From: Chloroflexota bacterium
Lineage (GTDB): Bacteria > Chloroflexota > Limnocylindria > Limnocylindrales > CSP1-4
Length of the DNA: 64,000 nt
NCBI GenBank assembly: GCA_017881915.1
Contig: JADGQK010000001.1
Span: 2,889 to 66,888, forward strand
Reading direction: 5' to 3'
This document shows, in pieces, positions 45,866-54,352 of the stretch; positions within the stretch are counted from its first letter, which is position 1, and every line of letters begins with the position of its first letter. The notes below the pieces were generated by a model, which was not told the origin of the DNA, did no database searches, and worked only from the letters and a program-made list of their open reading frames with translations. Made by a program: the position numbers and the translations under genes.

Positions 45866-45945
45866 GGGCGGGCTTCGGCGGGCTTCGGCGGGCTCGCGGG
45901 GGCTTCGGCGGGCTCGCGGGGGCTTCTGCGGGCTTCGGCGGCCTC
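45866..45945. repeat. GC-rich 10-bp tandem repeat (~7.5 units of GGCTTCGGCG / GGCTCGCGGG)
   Basis: The repeat was read directly: ggcttcggcg ggcttcggcg ggctcgcggg ggcttcggcg ggctcgcggg ggcttctgcg ggcttcggcg. It abuts MITE family-2 copy A. Confidence 0.8.
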
Positions 45946-46126
45946 AGTTCTTGCCGATTAGCGATCCCGATGCTGCTATTCCAGGACGCCACTTGAATTG
46001 AGGGGTCCGTCGACGCGCCGATGGGTCGACCCGTGCGTGGAGTCGGGCAGATCGGCCCAAGATCCGGCGGCATCGACGGAGGTTCCTTGAATAGCAGCAC
46101 GCGCAGCACTAATCGGCAGGAACCTG
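45945..46126. repeat. MITE-like element, family 2, copy A (~182 bp, ~41-bp terminal inverted repeats)
   Basis: The left arm is CAGTTCTTGCCGATTAGCGATCCCGATGCTGCTATTCCAGG. The reverse complement of the right arm is CAGGTTCCTGCCGATTAGTGCTGCGCGTGCTGCTATTCAAGG. The left arm is shared with the element at 55559-55741. Confidence 0.65.
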
Positions 46127-46128
46127 CA

Positions 46129-46160
46129 CGAGCCGTTTCGGGCTGGCCACGGCTCGTTTG
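46129..46160 (+). terminator. Weak candidate intrinsic terminator hairpin
   Basis: The sequence is CGAGCCGT, a 12-nt loop, ACGGCTCG, then TTTG. The U-tract is short. Confidence 0.25.
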
Positions 46161-46343
46161 GGCGGACCGCCACCAGGGCCACGCACGGATCCCCTCGGCG
46201 ATCGGCGCGAGCGGCACCAAGTCGGACGGGCCTCGACCATACCGCGACTGTGACCGGAACCTGGCACCAAACCGAAGCAGGTCGGCGAACAGGGCGCCTG
46301 GCGGCGACGGGCCGGCGGTGGCCAGGCGGTCGGTACCCGCCGA

Positions 46344-49097
46344 TCAGCCCAGCGGCGGCAGCTCCTGGTCCTGCGCGAGGGCGGGCGCGAACAGGTCGCC
46401 CAGCGCGGCAACCCGGGGCAGGATCGTGCGGATCGTCCAGCGGTCCGGTCGCAGGTCCGGATCGTCCAGCTCCTCCCAGGCGATCGGCGCCGAGACCGGC
46501 GCCCCGGCGGCAGGCCGGACGGCGTAGGGGGCTACCAGCGTCTTGATCCGGCTGTTCTGCGTGTAGTCGAGGCGGGCCCTGCCGGCCCTGCCGGCCACCG
46601 ACCATTCCCAGCTCACCAGGTCGGGCACGATCGCGCCGACGGCCCGGCTGAGCTGCTCGATCCAGTCCGTTGTTTCGCGGAACGTGTAGCGGCCGTGCCG
46701 GATCGGGATCCAGACCTGGACTCCGCGCTTGCCGGTCGTCTTCGGCGCCCCACGCAGGCCGAGATGGGCCAGAGCCGTTCGAAAGAGGCGGGCCAGGACG
46801 AGCGTCTCGTCCCAGGTCGTTCGCTCGCCCGGGTCGATGTCGATCAGGGCATAGGTCGGATGGTCCGGGTCTTCGATCCGGGCCGTCCACGGATGGAACT
46901 CGAACGCCGCCTGGTTGCCCAGCCAGGCCAGGCTCGCGACCCGGTCGGCGACCAGGTGATCGTTGGCCGAGCGGTCCTCGACGCCGGTCTCGTGCCACAG
47001 CCGCAGCCAGGCCGGCGCTGTCGCCGGGATCTGCTTCTGCCAGAAGGCCGGGCCACCTGCACCGTCCGGAAAGCGCTGCAGGTTGAGGGCCCGTTCGGCC
47101 AGATGGGGCAACAGGGTTGGTGCGATCCGGCTGAGGTAGTTGATCAGGTCCCGCTTGGTGACCGGCCCTTCATCGAGCGTCGCACCGTCGGGCCTGGAAC
47201 CGGGCCGGGCGGGTCGGGCCGGAAAGAGGACCTTGTCGAGATTGGTCAGGCTCAGCTCAAATCCGCCGACCCGCCAGGTGCTCTTGGCCGGCAGGCGGGC
47301 GAGCTCGGCCAGCTCGGCCGGGGTGGCCCGATCCGCCAGGGCCGAGGACTCCGGTCGACGAGACGGCTCAACGTCGGGCTCGACCGACGGGTCGACCATC
47401 GCCCGCTCGCGGGTCACCGACTTCGGGTCGCGGTCGAGCTCGAAGCCCTTGAACGAGGACTGCCGAATCACGCCGTCGCGGGTCCAGTTCGAGAAGGCAA
47501 CCCGGATCACCACCGCCGGCTCGGTCCAGATCACGCCGCGCAGGTCCGGACCGGCCGGCGGAGGTGGATCGAACGCCGGGTTGGGCCGGGCGCCGGCATC
47601 GAGCAGCCCCTTCAGCCGGGCCCGGGTGGGTGAGTCGAAGCCGCTACCAACCCGCCCGGCGTAGCGCAGCGCGCCGTCTTCGTAGTAGCCCACGATCACG
47701 CTGCCGAGGTCGCGGGCGTTGCCCTCGCCGGGCACGTAGCCGCCGACGACGAACTCCTGCTCCGGCCGGTTCTTCAGCTTGAGCCAGCTCGCAACGCGAC
47801 GGCCGGGCTCGTACATCGAGCGGCGCTGCTTCGCCATGACCCCTTCGAGACCGCGGGCCGACGCAGCGGCCATGAATGCCTTGCCCGCGCCTTCGACGTG
47901 GGTCGCATAGCGGACCCGCGGCCCGTCGCGCAGGATGGACCGGAGGACGCGCTTGCGCTCCTCGAGGGGGACATCGAGGAGCGACAGGCCGTCGAGGTAG
48001 AGCAGGTCGAAGGCCTGATACAAGAGCGGGGCGGCCGCGGCTTCGGTAGCCCTGGTCTCGGGACCGCCGGCCTCGCGCCTGCCCGGCCCCTTCGCGCCGT
48101 AGTGGACGCCGAGCCGTTCCTGGAGCAGGCCGAAGTCGGGCATGCCGTCCGGATCCAGGGCCACGACCTCGCCATCGACCACGGCCTCCCGGGCGGCGAT
48201 CCAGTCGGCCGGGTTGTTCAGCAGGCCTGGGAAGTAGGCCGCGGCGTCCTTGCCGTTTCGCGTGTGAATGCTGACCTGGTTGTCGCGAACGACCGCCTCG
48301 ACCCGGTAGCCGTCCCACTTGATCTCGAACAGCCAGGCGGGATTGTCGAATGCCTTTGTGGCCAGGGTCGCCAGCATCGGCTCGATGAACCCGGGAAACG
48401 GAGCCGCCGTCGCGCCCGAGGCCTCGAGCGACGGCTGGGCGCCCGGCGGCGGCGCGTCGAAGCGTGGAGGGACGCCAGACGCGACTTCCTCGTTGGTGCG
48501 GCCGGTCTTGACCGACTCGCGATGGTCCTCGGCATCCCAGCCCGGCAGCGCGTCTGCGTCGCGCTTGTGGATCAGCAGCCACGGGTCGCCGTCGCGGTCG
48601 GACTCGGCGTGAGCCGCGCCACTCCGGGGCCTGGCCGAGCCCTTCCCACCCGATCCCCGGGTCCGGACGAGAGTGTAGCGGCCGCGCAGCTTCTGGCCGA
48701 ACAGCCGGAACTTCAGCTCGCCGGCAGCAATCGACGCGGCCGGGTCCAGGGTGGGCGCCTCGGGTTCGTAGGTGCCCCAGTCCCACACGATCGCGTCCCC
48801 GGCGCCGTACTCACCGCGCGCGATCGTGCCCTCGAAGTCGAAGTACTCGATCGGGTGATCCTCAACGTGGATCGCCATGCGCCGGGCATCGGGATCCAGG
48901 GTGGGTCCCTTGGGCACGGCCCAGCTGGCGAGCACGCCGCCGATCTCGAGGCGCAGGTCGTAATGCAGCCGGGTCGCCCGATGGCGCCCGACGACGAACC
49001 GGCCGGCGAGGACGCGATCGGGGCTCGCGGGCGTCGCGCCGGCCGGTTCGGCCGTCTTCGAGAAGTCGCGCTTGCGGCGGTAGGCGTCGAGCGGCAT
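46344..49097 (-). CDS. ligD: Multidomain ATP-dependent DNA ligase D (phosphoesterase - ligase - polymerase/primase order)
   Basis: The PE domain contains FVVGRHRATRLHYDLRLE..WAVPKGP. The ligase domain contains LFEIKWDGYRVEA (KxDG). The Pol domain contains RFPDGAGGPAFWQK, ALIDIDPGE and KTTGKRGVQVWIPI. Confidence 0.93.
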   Translation of the reverse strand: MPLDAYRRKRDFSKTAEPAGATPASPDRVLAGRFVVGRHRATRLHYDLRLEIGGVLASWAVPKGPTLDPDARRMAIHVEDHPIEYFDFEGTIARGEYGAGDAIVWDWGTYEPEAPTLDPAASIAAGELKFRLFGQKLRGRYTLVRTRGSGGKGSARPRSGAAHAESDRDGDPWLLIHKRDADALPGWDAEDHRESVKTGRTNEEVASGVPPRFDAPPPGAQPSLEASGATAAPFPGFIEPMLATLATKAFDNPAWLFEIKWDGYRVEAVVRDNQVSIHTRNGKDAAAYFPGLLNNPADWIAAREAVVDGEVVALDPDGMPDFGLLQERLGVHYGAKGPGRREAGGPETRATEAAAAPLLYQAFDLLYLDGLSLLDVPLEERKRVLRSILRDGPRVRYATHVEGAGKAFMAAASARGLEGVMAKQRRSMYEPGRRVASWLKLKNRPEQEFVVGGYVPGEGNARDLGSVIVGYYEDGALRYAGRVGSGFDSPTRARLKGLLDAGARPNPAFDPPPPAGPDLRGVIWTEPAVVIRVAFSNWTRDGVIRQSSFKGFELDRDPKSVTRERAMVDPSVEPDVEPSRRPESSALADRATPAELAELARLPAKSTWRVGGFELSLTNLDKVLFPARPARPGSRPDGATLDEGPVTKRDLINYLSRIAPTLLPHLAERALNLQRFPDGAGGPAFWQKQIPATAPAWLRLWHETGVEDRSANDHLVADRVASLAWLGNQAAFEFHPWTARIEDPDHPTYALIDIDPGERTTWDETLVLARLFRTALAHLGLRGAPKTTGKRGVQVWIPIRHGRYTFRETTDWIEQLSRAVGAIVPDLVSWEWSVAGRAGRARLDYTQNSRIKTLVAPYAVRPAAGAPVSAPIAWEELDDPDLRPDRWTIRTILPRVAALGDLFAPALAQDQELPPLG

Positions 49098-49139
49098 CGA
49101 GAGGCTGGCCCGGTCCGGCCGGCTCGCGCTGCGGCCGAG

Positions 49140-50063
49140 CTAGGCGGACTTCCGGCGCCGGGCGGGTGGGGCTTCGGCTTCTGCGTCGGCCTTCGTCGTC
49201 GCCCTCGCGGATGCCTTGCTCCTGGCCGTGTCCCTGGCCGTGTCCCGGGCCTTGACGTGCTCTTCGACCGACGTGGGCGCGGTCGTCCCGCGCGCCTCGA
49301 CGGCCGCCTTGACGCTCGCCTCGAGAGCGGCCATCAGGTCGACGATACTGGTCGCCGGCTGGGGGACCACCGGTTCGATCGTTTCCTGGCCGGCGACCTT
49401 GTCCTCGATCAGCTTGAGCAGCGCCTCGCGATAGTCGTCGCGGTAGGCAGCCGGGTCGAATTCGGCGGTCATCGCCCCGATCAGCTGCTCGGCCATCGCC
49501 TTCTCGGCCGGCTTGGCCTGCGGCAGCTGGTCAGGCAGGTCGAGCTCGGCCACGCTCCGGATCTCGTCCGGCCAGTGGAGCGTGGTCAGGAGCATCGTCG
49601 TACTGAACGGGTCGATTGCCCCGAGGACTTCTCGGTCCTTGATCACGACCTTGCAGATCGCGGTGAGCTGCTTTTCGGCCAGGACCTCACGCAGGAGGTA
49701 GAACGCCTTGCGTCCGATCGGGTCTGGTTCCAGGTAATAGGCGCCCTTCACGAAGCGCACCGCCGCGTTGTCGGGGTTGGCGGCGGTGAACAGCTCGATC
49801 TCGATCGCCCGGACCGTCTTGAGCGGGACCGAGGCCAGGTCCTCGTCGGTCACCACGACGTACTGGCCAGGCGCGTATTCGAAACCCTTGACCGTGTCAC
49901 CCCGCGAGATCACCTCATCCTCCAGCGGACAGTATGTCTTCATCTGGATCCGCGAGAGGTCCTTGGCATGGAGCATGTTGAAGCTGATGCCCTTGGATTC
50001 GGTGGCCAGATAGAGCCGGACGGGGATCGTCACGAGCCCGAACTGGATGGCCCCTCGCCACAT
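49140..50063 (-). CDS. ku: Ku protein (NHEJ DNA end-binding)
   Basis: The sequence contains MWRGAIQFGLVTIPVRLYLATE...IELFTAANPD...YYLEPD and has a basic C-terminal tail. The start is the ATG at 50063 or the GTG at 50075. Confidence 0.92.
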   Translation of the reverse strand: MWRGAIQFGLVTIPVRLYLATESKGISFNMLHAKDLSRIQMKTYCPLEDEVISRGDTVKGFEYAPGQYVVVTDEDLASVPLKTVRAIEIELFTAANPDNAAVRFVKGAYYLEPDPIGRKAFYLLREVLAEKQLTAICKVVIKDREVLGAIDPFSTTMLLTTLHWPDEIRSVAELDLPDQLPQAKPAEKAMAEQLIGAMTAEFDPAAYRDDYREALLKLIEDKVAGQETIEPVVPQPATSIVDLMAALEASVKAAVEARGTTAPTSVEEHVKARDTARDTARSKASARATTKADAEAEAPPARRRKSA

Positions 50064-50338
50064 CGAGCGTGCCACGGCTGACCTCGGTTCACCGTCCGCC
50101 TCACCCGGAGCGGATCGGGCCGGGAGAATACGCGGGTACGTCCGGACACGCAACCCCGCGCCGGCCCCGCGCACCACCCCGTGCGCACCGGAGTCCACGG
50201 TTCCCGTCCGGACTGCCCGGCTCGTTGACCAACAGCACCAACGATTCGTCCGGGGGGTGGTTAGGACTGTTGTCACAAGCCGGGGGTCAGGACGATCATG
50301 CTCAACCCGGGCGATCCATCGCTCAAACCGGAGTCAAG

Positions 50339-51325
50339 ATGCCCGCCCAGCCGCTCATCATCGTCATCGGAATCGCCATTGTCGCGAATCTTGTCATCAT
50401 GGGTGCTCTCATCGTGACCCTCGTTCGTCGATGGCGGCCGGAGCCGGCCGGGACGGACACCGCGGTCGACGAGGCCCGGTTGACCAAGGCAACGACCACA
50501 CCGGACAGCTTGAGCAACAGCCTCTCAGACTCATCCCAGGAGAGCATCGAACCCGTGACCGCTGCCGATGACGCCCGCCGCTTCCGCTCCGTCCTCGAGG
50601 ATGAGCCCCACGCCGCCGACCAGGAGGCGATCGCCTTCTTCGTCTCCCCGCCGACCGCCCTCGGACCACGCGAGCAGCCACCCGAGGCCGAGGCCGAGGC
50701 CGAGGCCGAGTCGGAGTCGGAATTCGAGCCCGAGTTCGAGCGGGCGTTCGAGCCCGAGTACGACTCGGCCCCGCCGCGGGCGGGCGACCTGGGCGGTGCA
50801 CCGGCCGGGCAGACCGTCGTCTGGACCGAGGCCCCGCAGCCCCGCAAGACCAACGCGACTCCGCTGCCCCGGGTCGACCAGGCCGTCGATTGGGAGCGTC
50901 GGGTCCGGGAGGAGGGCATCCGCCTGATCCGCTACCGTCGGCCGGTCACGGTCGTCCTCGTCGAACTGGACGGCTTCGAGCGCCTGGTCAGCCTGCTGGG
51001 GGCCGATGCCGCCGATCGGTTGATCCCGGCGATCGCCGAGACGCTCGTCCGCAACGGCCGGGCGGCCGACCACGTTGCACGCCTTGCCGCAAGCCGCTTC
51101 GGCGTGCTGATGCCCGAGACCGACGAGATCCAGGCGATCAACTACACCGAGCGGATCCGGGCCCAGTGCGATCGCTGGCTGGCGGCCGGTTCGATCTCGA
51201 CCCGGATCGCCCTGGGCTGGGCCTGCCCCACCCCGGGCTCCGACCTCGCGGCTGCGATCCGGATCGCTGAGGAGCGCCTCCAGGGCGACCGGCGCAGAAC
51301 CGGTCGGACCGAGGTCGCGACCTAG
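50339..51325 (+). CDS. Membrane-anchored protein with a degenerate GGDEF domain (GGDEF replaced by AASRF)
   Basis: There is an N-terminal TM segment (PLIIVIGIAIVANLVIMGALIV) and an acidic EAEAEAEAESESEFEPEFE linker. The C-terminal fold-like region reads VVLVELDGFERLVSLLGADAADRL...HVARLAASRFGVLMPET. Confidence 0.75.
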   Translation: MPAQPLIIVIGIAIVANLVIMGALIVTLVRRWRPEPAGTDTAVDEARLTKATTTPDSLSNSLSDSSQESIEPVTAADDARRFRSVLEDEPHAADQEAIAFFVSPPTALGPREQPPEAEAEAEAESESEFEPEFERAFEPEYDSAPPRAGDLGGAPAGQTVVWTEAPQPRKTNATPLPRVDQAVDWERRVREEGIRLIRYRRPVTVVLVELDGFERLVSLLGADAADRLIPAIAETLVRNGRAADHVARLAASRFGVLMPETDEIQAINYTERIRAQCDRWLAAGSISTRIALGWACPTPGSDLAAAIRIAEERLQGDRRRTGRTEVAT

Positions 51326-51448
51326 GGCTTCCGGCCGCAGACATTCTGCCGCTGCCCGGGCCGGTCTCGCCGCGGAACGCCGTCGCGCGGTGAGCCCCTG
51401 GCGGGGGCCTCCGACAGTGGGCCGAAGCCCTGGCTGGGACCCGGCCCT

Positions 51449-52192
51449 TCAGGAGGGCGACGGCGCCGCGATGGGCGCCTGGCTGGGGTCCGGCTTGATC
51501 GTGGTCACTGAGGTGGCGCTGCCGGCGGGCGCCGTGTACGTCGCGCTGAGCGAGCCATCCGAGGCCAGCACGAGATCGACCGCCACGGGGGTATCGCCGG
51601 CCAGGCCAAGCACGGCCGCCGGATAGCTCGCGGTCAGCTCGAGCGCGTCGCTGGTTTGCTTCACGAGGCTCGACTGGTTGGGCGATTTGAGCGCGTCGAG
51701 TGGGCTGCCGCTGGGCACCGAGCCGTTGACCTCGACCCAGCCCTTGCCGGCCTGGAGCACCCACGAGCGCGGCGGCAGCGTGCGGTAGGTGATCGACACA
51801 GCGTTCGTCGTCACCGTGAATTCACTGGCGCCGCCGATCCAGCGCCCGGTTGCCTGGGTTGCCACCTGGCCACCGACGCTGACCGTCGACGTGAAGGAGT
51901 AGCCGCTCGCGAGCCGGCCGAGCGCGGCAGCCAGCCCGCCCCCGGCGTCGCCGAGCGGCGAGCCCGCGGCGGTCACCTCAGTCGGCGCGGCACTCGGGCT
52001 GGTTGATGGCGCACAGGCGGCCGTGAGGCCCGCGGCCGCGCAGACCAGGCCAAGGCCAACGAGGGCGACGCCGCTCGTGCGACGACGCCCTCGGGGACCG
52101 GAGCAACGACTCCGCCGCGCCGAAGGCGGCGGAGTCGAGCTGAGGTTCAGTGAGACTTGGACTTGCTGCCCGGCTTGGCGGGAGGACCCCAT
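51449..52192 (-). CDS. Putative secreted lipoprotein of unknown function
   Basis: The signal-like region GRRRTSGVALVGLGLVCAAAGLTAAC is lipobox-like and has a possible twin-Arg. The only canonical start is the ATG at 52192, which overlaps the upstream gene by 46 nt. The mature part is beta-rich and Ser/Thr-rich. Confidence 0.6.
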   Translation of the reverse strand: MGSSRQAGQQVQVSLNLSSTPPPSARRSRCSGPRGRRRTSGVALVGLGLVCAAAGLTAACAPSTSPSAAPTEVTAAGSPLGDAGGGLAAALGRLASGYSFTSTVSVGGQVATQATGRWIGGASEFTVTTNAVSITYRTLPPRSWVLQAGKGWVEVNGSVPSGSPLDALKSPNQSSLVKQTSDALELTASYPAAVLGLAGDTPVAVDLVLASDGSLSATYTAPAGSATSVTTIKPDPSQAPIAAPSPS

Positions 52193-53220
52193 TGGCCGTG
52201 TCCGCCGCCCGAACGGTGTCCGGGGCCGAAACCGCCCGGTTGGCGATGGCCGCAATCGCCCGATCGTCCATGGACGAACAGCGAGTACGTGCCGTCCGGC
52301 TGGCGGACCAGGCTCGCGAACAGCGCGACCCGGTTCTTGTCGAACGAGGCCATGAACCCGGTTCCGAAGGCCTTCTCGGTGGCCGCGGCGCCGGTTGCCC
52401 CGTCGTAGACGACGGTGCCGTTCGCCACGTGGTACTTGACGCTTACCGCCGTCCCAGCACACGTGTGCGCCGACCAGGTCCGCGCGCCGGCCAGGCTGGC
52501 CAGGGTTCCGTTGAGCTTCTGGGCGTCACGGCCGCTCAGGGTGATCGCCATGCTGGCGGTGCCGTCTCCGGCCACATTGACCGAGATCGTGAGGCTCTTG
52601 GTGAAGCCCTGCCACGAGAACGTGCCGTCGGCCGCGGCGTGGGCGCCCTTGGCCTTGCCCTTGTCGGCAGCGCCTGACTTCGCCGTGCTCGGGGTCACCT
52701 TGGTGGCAACGAACGGACCCAGCTTCCAGGCCACGCCGGCAGCCGGGTGGACCGCCCCGATCACGACCGTCGGCTTGCCGCTGGGGTCCTTGCCGATCGT
52801 GTAGGAGGCGGTGGACTTCGCGCCGGTCCCGAAGACATCGGCTGACCAGGTCCCGCTCCCGCCCAGGTCGCTCAGCGTCTTCGTCCTGGCCTTGATCGAC
52901 AGGCGACCGCCGATCGCCTTGACGGTGACCTTGACCGTGCCACCGCTGTTGGTGAACTTGACGAAATCATCGCCCGACTTGGTCTTCGAGAGGGCTGTGC
53001 TCGGATTGAGCGCGACGCCCGAGATGTTGCCGATCGAGTCGAGGGTCACGGCGACCGTGAGTGGTGTACCCAGCAAGGGCAGGGTTGCGGTCATGCCGCC
53101 CGTCTGGGCAATCGGCGCGTTTGTCGTTGCTGCGACTCCGGCGGGCGTCGCAGCCAGCAGGAAGGCGGCCACGGCCAGGCCCGAGAGTCGCAGGGGGACG
53201 CGGATCGCGTGGTGGGTCAT
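52147..53220 (-). CDS. Secreted protein of unknown function with an internal duplication and a His/Gly-rich C-terminal tail
   Basis: The ATG at 53220 is preceded by GAGGAG. The signal peptide reads MTHHAIRVPLRLSGLAVAAFLLAATPAGVAA. Two similar ~130-aa modules are present (..VKVTVKAIGGRLSIKARTKTLSDLGGSGTWSADVFG.. and ..ASMAITLSGRDAQKLNGTLASLAGARTWSAHTCAG..). The tail is HGRSGDCGHRQPGGFGPGHRSGGGHGQW. Confidence 0.7.
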   Translation of the reverse strand: MTHHAIRVPLRLSGLAVAAFLLAATPAGVAATTNAPIAQTGGMTATLPLLGTPLTVAVTLDSIGNISGVALNPSTALSKTKSGDDFVKFTNSGGTVKVTVKAIGGRLSIKARTKTLSDLGGSGTWSADVFGTGAKSTASYTIGKDPSGKPTVVIGAVHPAAGVAWKLGPFVATKVTPSTAKSGAADKGKAKGAHAAADGTFSWQGFTKSLTISVNVAGDGTASMAITLSGRDAQKLNGTLASLAGARTWSAHTCAGTAVSVKYHVANGTVVYDGATGAAATEKAFGTGFMASFDKNRVALFASLVRQPDGTYSLFVHGRSGDCGHRQPGGFGPGHRSGGGHGQWGPPAKPGSKSKSH

Positions 53221-53434
53221 TGGCTCGGTCTCCTCGTTGCGCACGAGCCCGCAGCGACCGGCATCAGGGTCGCGACTGGGAAGGGCCCGCTGTACGTTTG
53301 AGCACGCTCCACTGAGCACGCTGATGCACTCACGGTACCCCAGGTCGGCGATCCGTGCCGGGAACGGTCGTCCGGATTCAGGTGGCCCGATCGTCCCATG
53401 GGCAGTGCGCGCCAGCGACTACGCTGTCCCCCAT

Positions 53435-54352
53435 ATGGTCTGGTTCCTCGTCCGCCGACTCCTGGCCAACGCGGTCGTGGTCCTCGGCGTCGCGTTCATC
53501 GTCTTCGCCCTGGTCTTCCTGGCCAGCGATCCGGCGCGGGCCCTGCTGCCCCTCGACGCGCCACCTGCCGCGATCGAATCGTTGCGCCGAACGCTCGGCT
53601 TTGACCAGCCGATCCCGATCCAGTTCGTCGGCTTCCTTGGCCGCGCGATCCAGGGGGATTTCGGGACTTCCACGCGGACCCTTGAGCCGGCCCTCGGGCT
53701 GGTCCTCGGGCGGGTGCCGGCGACGCTCTCGCTGGGCATCGCCGGGGTGTGCGTTGCGCTCGTCATCGCACTCCCGTTGGGGATCGTGGCCGCCATGCGG
53801 CCGGGGTCGTGGGTCGACGTCGTTGCCCGCTCGGTCGCCCTGGTCGGCCAGGCCGTTCCCGGGTTCGTGCTTGGCCAGGTGCTGATCCTCCTGTTCGCGG
53901 TCACCTGGCGGCTGTTGCCGGTGTCGGGCTCAGGCAGCCCGGCCTATCTGGTCCTGCCGGCGATCGTGGTCGGCCTCGGTTCGGCCGCCGGCCTGACCCG
54001 GATCCTGCGCTCGAGCCTGCTCGATGTCCTGGGCCGCGATTACATCCGGACCGCGCGGGCCAAGGGCGTCGGTCCGCGCCGGGTGGTCGTGCGCCACGCC
54101 CTGCGCAACGCGGCGATCCCGTTCGTGACCTTCCTGGCCTTCGACCTCGCCGCAATCGTGTCGGGGGTGATCATCGTCGAGGTGGTCTTCAGCTACCCGG
54201 GCATGGGCCTCCTCGTCGTCCAGGCCGTGACCAACCGGGATCTGCCGGTCATCCAGGCGTTCACGTTCGTGGCCGCACTCACAATCGTCACGGTCAACCT
54301 GGGCCTGGACGTCGTGTACGGGCTGCTCGATCCGCGGATCCGGCTGGGCTGA
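53435..54352 (+). CDS. ABC transporter permease (Dpp/Opp/Nik type, DppB-like)
   Basis: The sequence begins MVWFLVRRLLANAVVVLGVAFIVFALVFLASDP and contains the EAA-like loop YIRTARAKGVGPRRVVVRHALRNA. Confidence 0.9.
   Translation: MVWFLVRRLLANAVVVLGVAFIVFALVFLASDPARALLPLDAPPAAIESLRRTLGFDQPIPIQFVGFLGRAIQGDFGTSTRTLEPALGLVLGRVPATLSLGIAGVCVALVIALPLGIVAAMRPGSWVDVVARSVALVGQAVPGFVLGQVLILLFAVTWRLLPVSGSGSPAYLVLPAIVVGLGSAAGLTRILRSSLLDVLGRDYIRTARAKGVGPRRVVVRHALRNAAIPFVTFLAFDLAAIVSGVIIVEVVFSYPGMGLLVVQAVTNRDLPVIQAFTFVAALTIVTVNLGLDVVYGLLDPRIRLG

Noticed and set aside
45866-46126. A possible CRISPR array (short repeats next to a palindromic sequence).
   Set aside because: The repeats are contiguous 10-mers without spacers. 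The palindromic arms occur once per element, and no cas genes are in the window.
45786-46220. A 144-aa minus-strand ORF containing PKPA/PPKP repeats, and a plus-strand GFGG-rich reading frame across the tandem repeat.
   Set aside because: The repetitive peptide is simply the translation of the 10-bp tandem repeat, whose period is not a multiple of 3. The ORF also spans the MITE arms, and the Gly-rich frame has no start codon.
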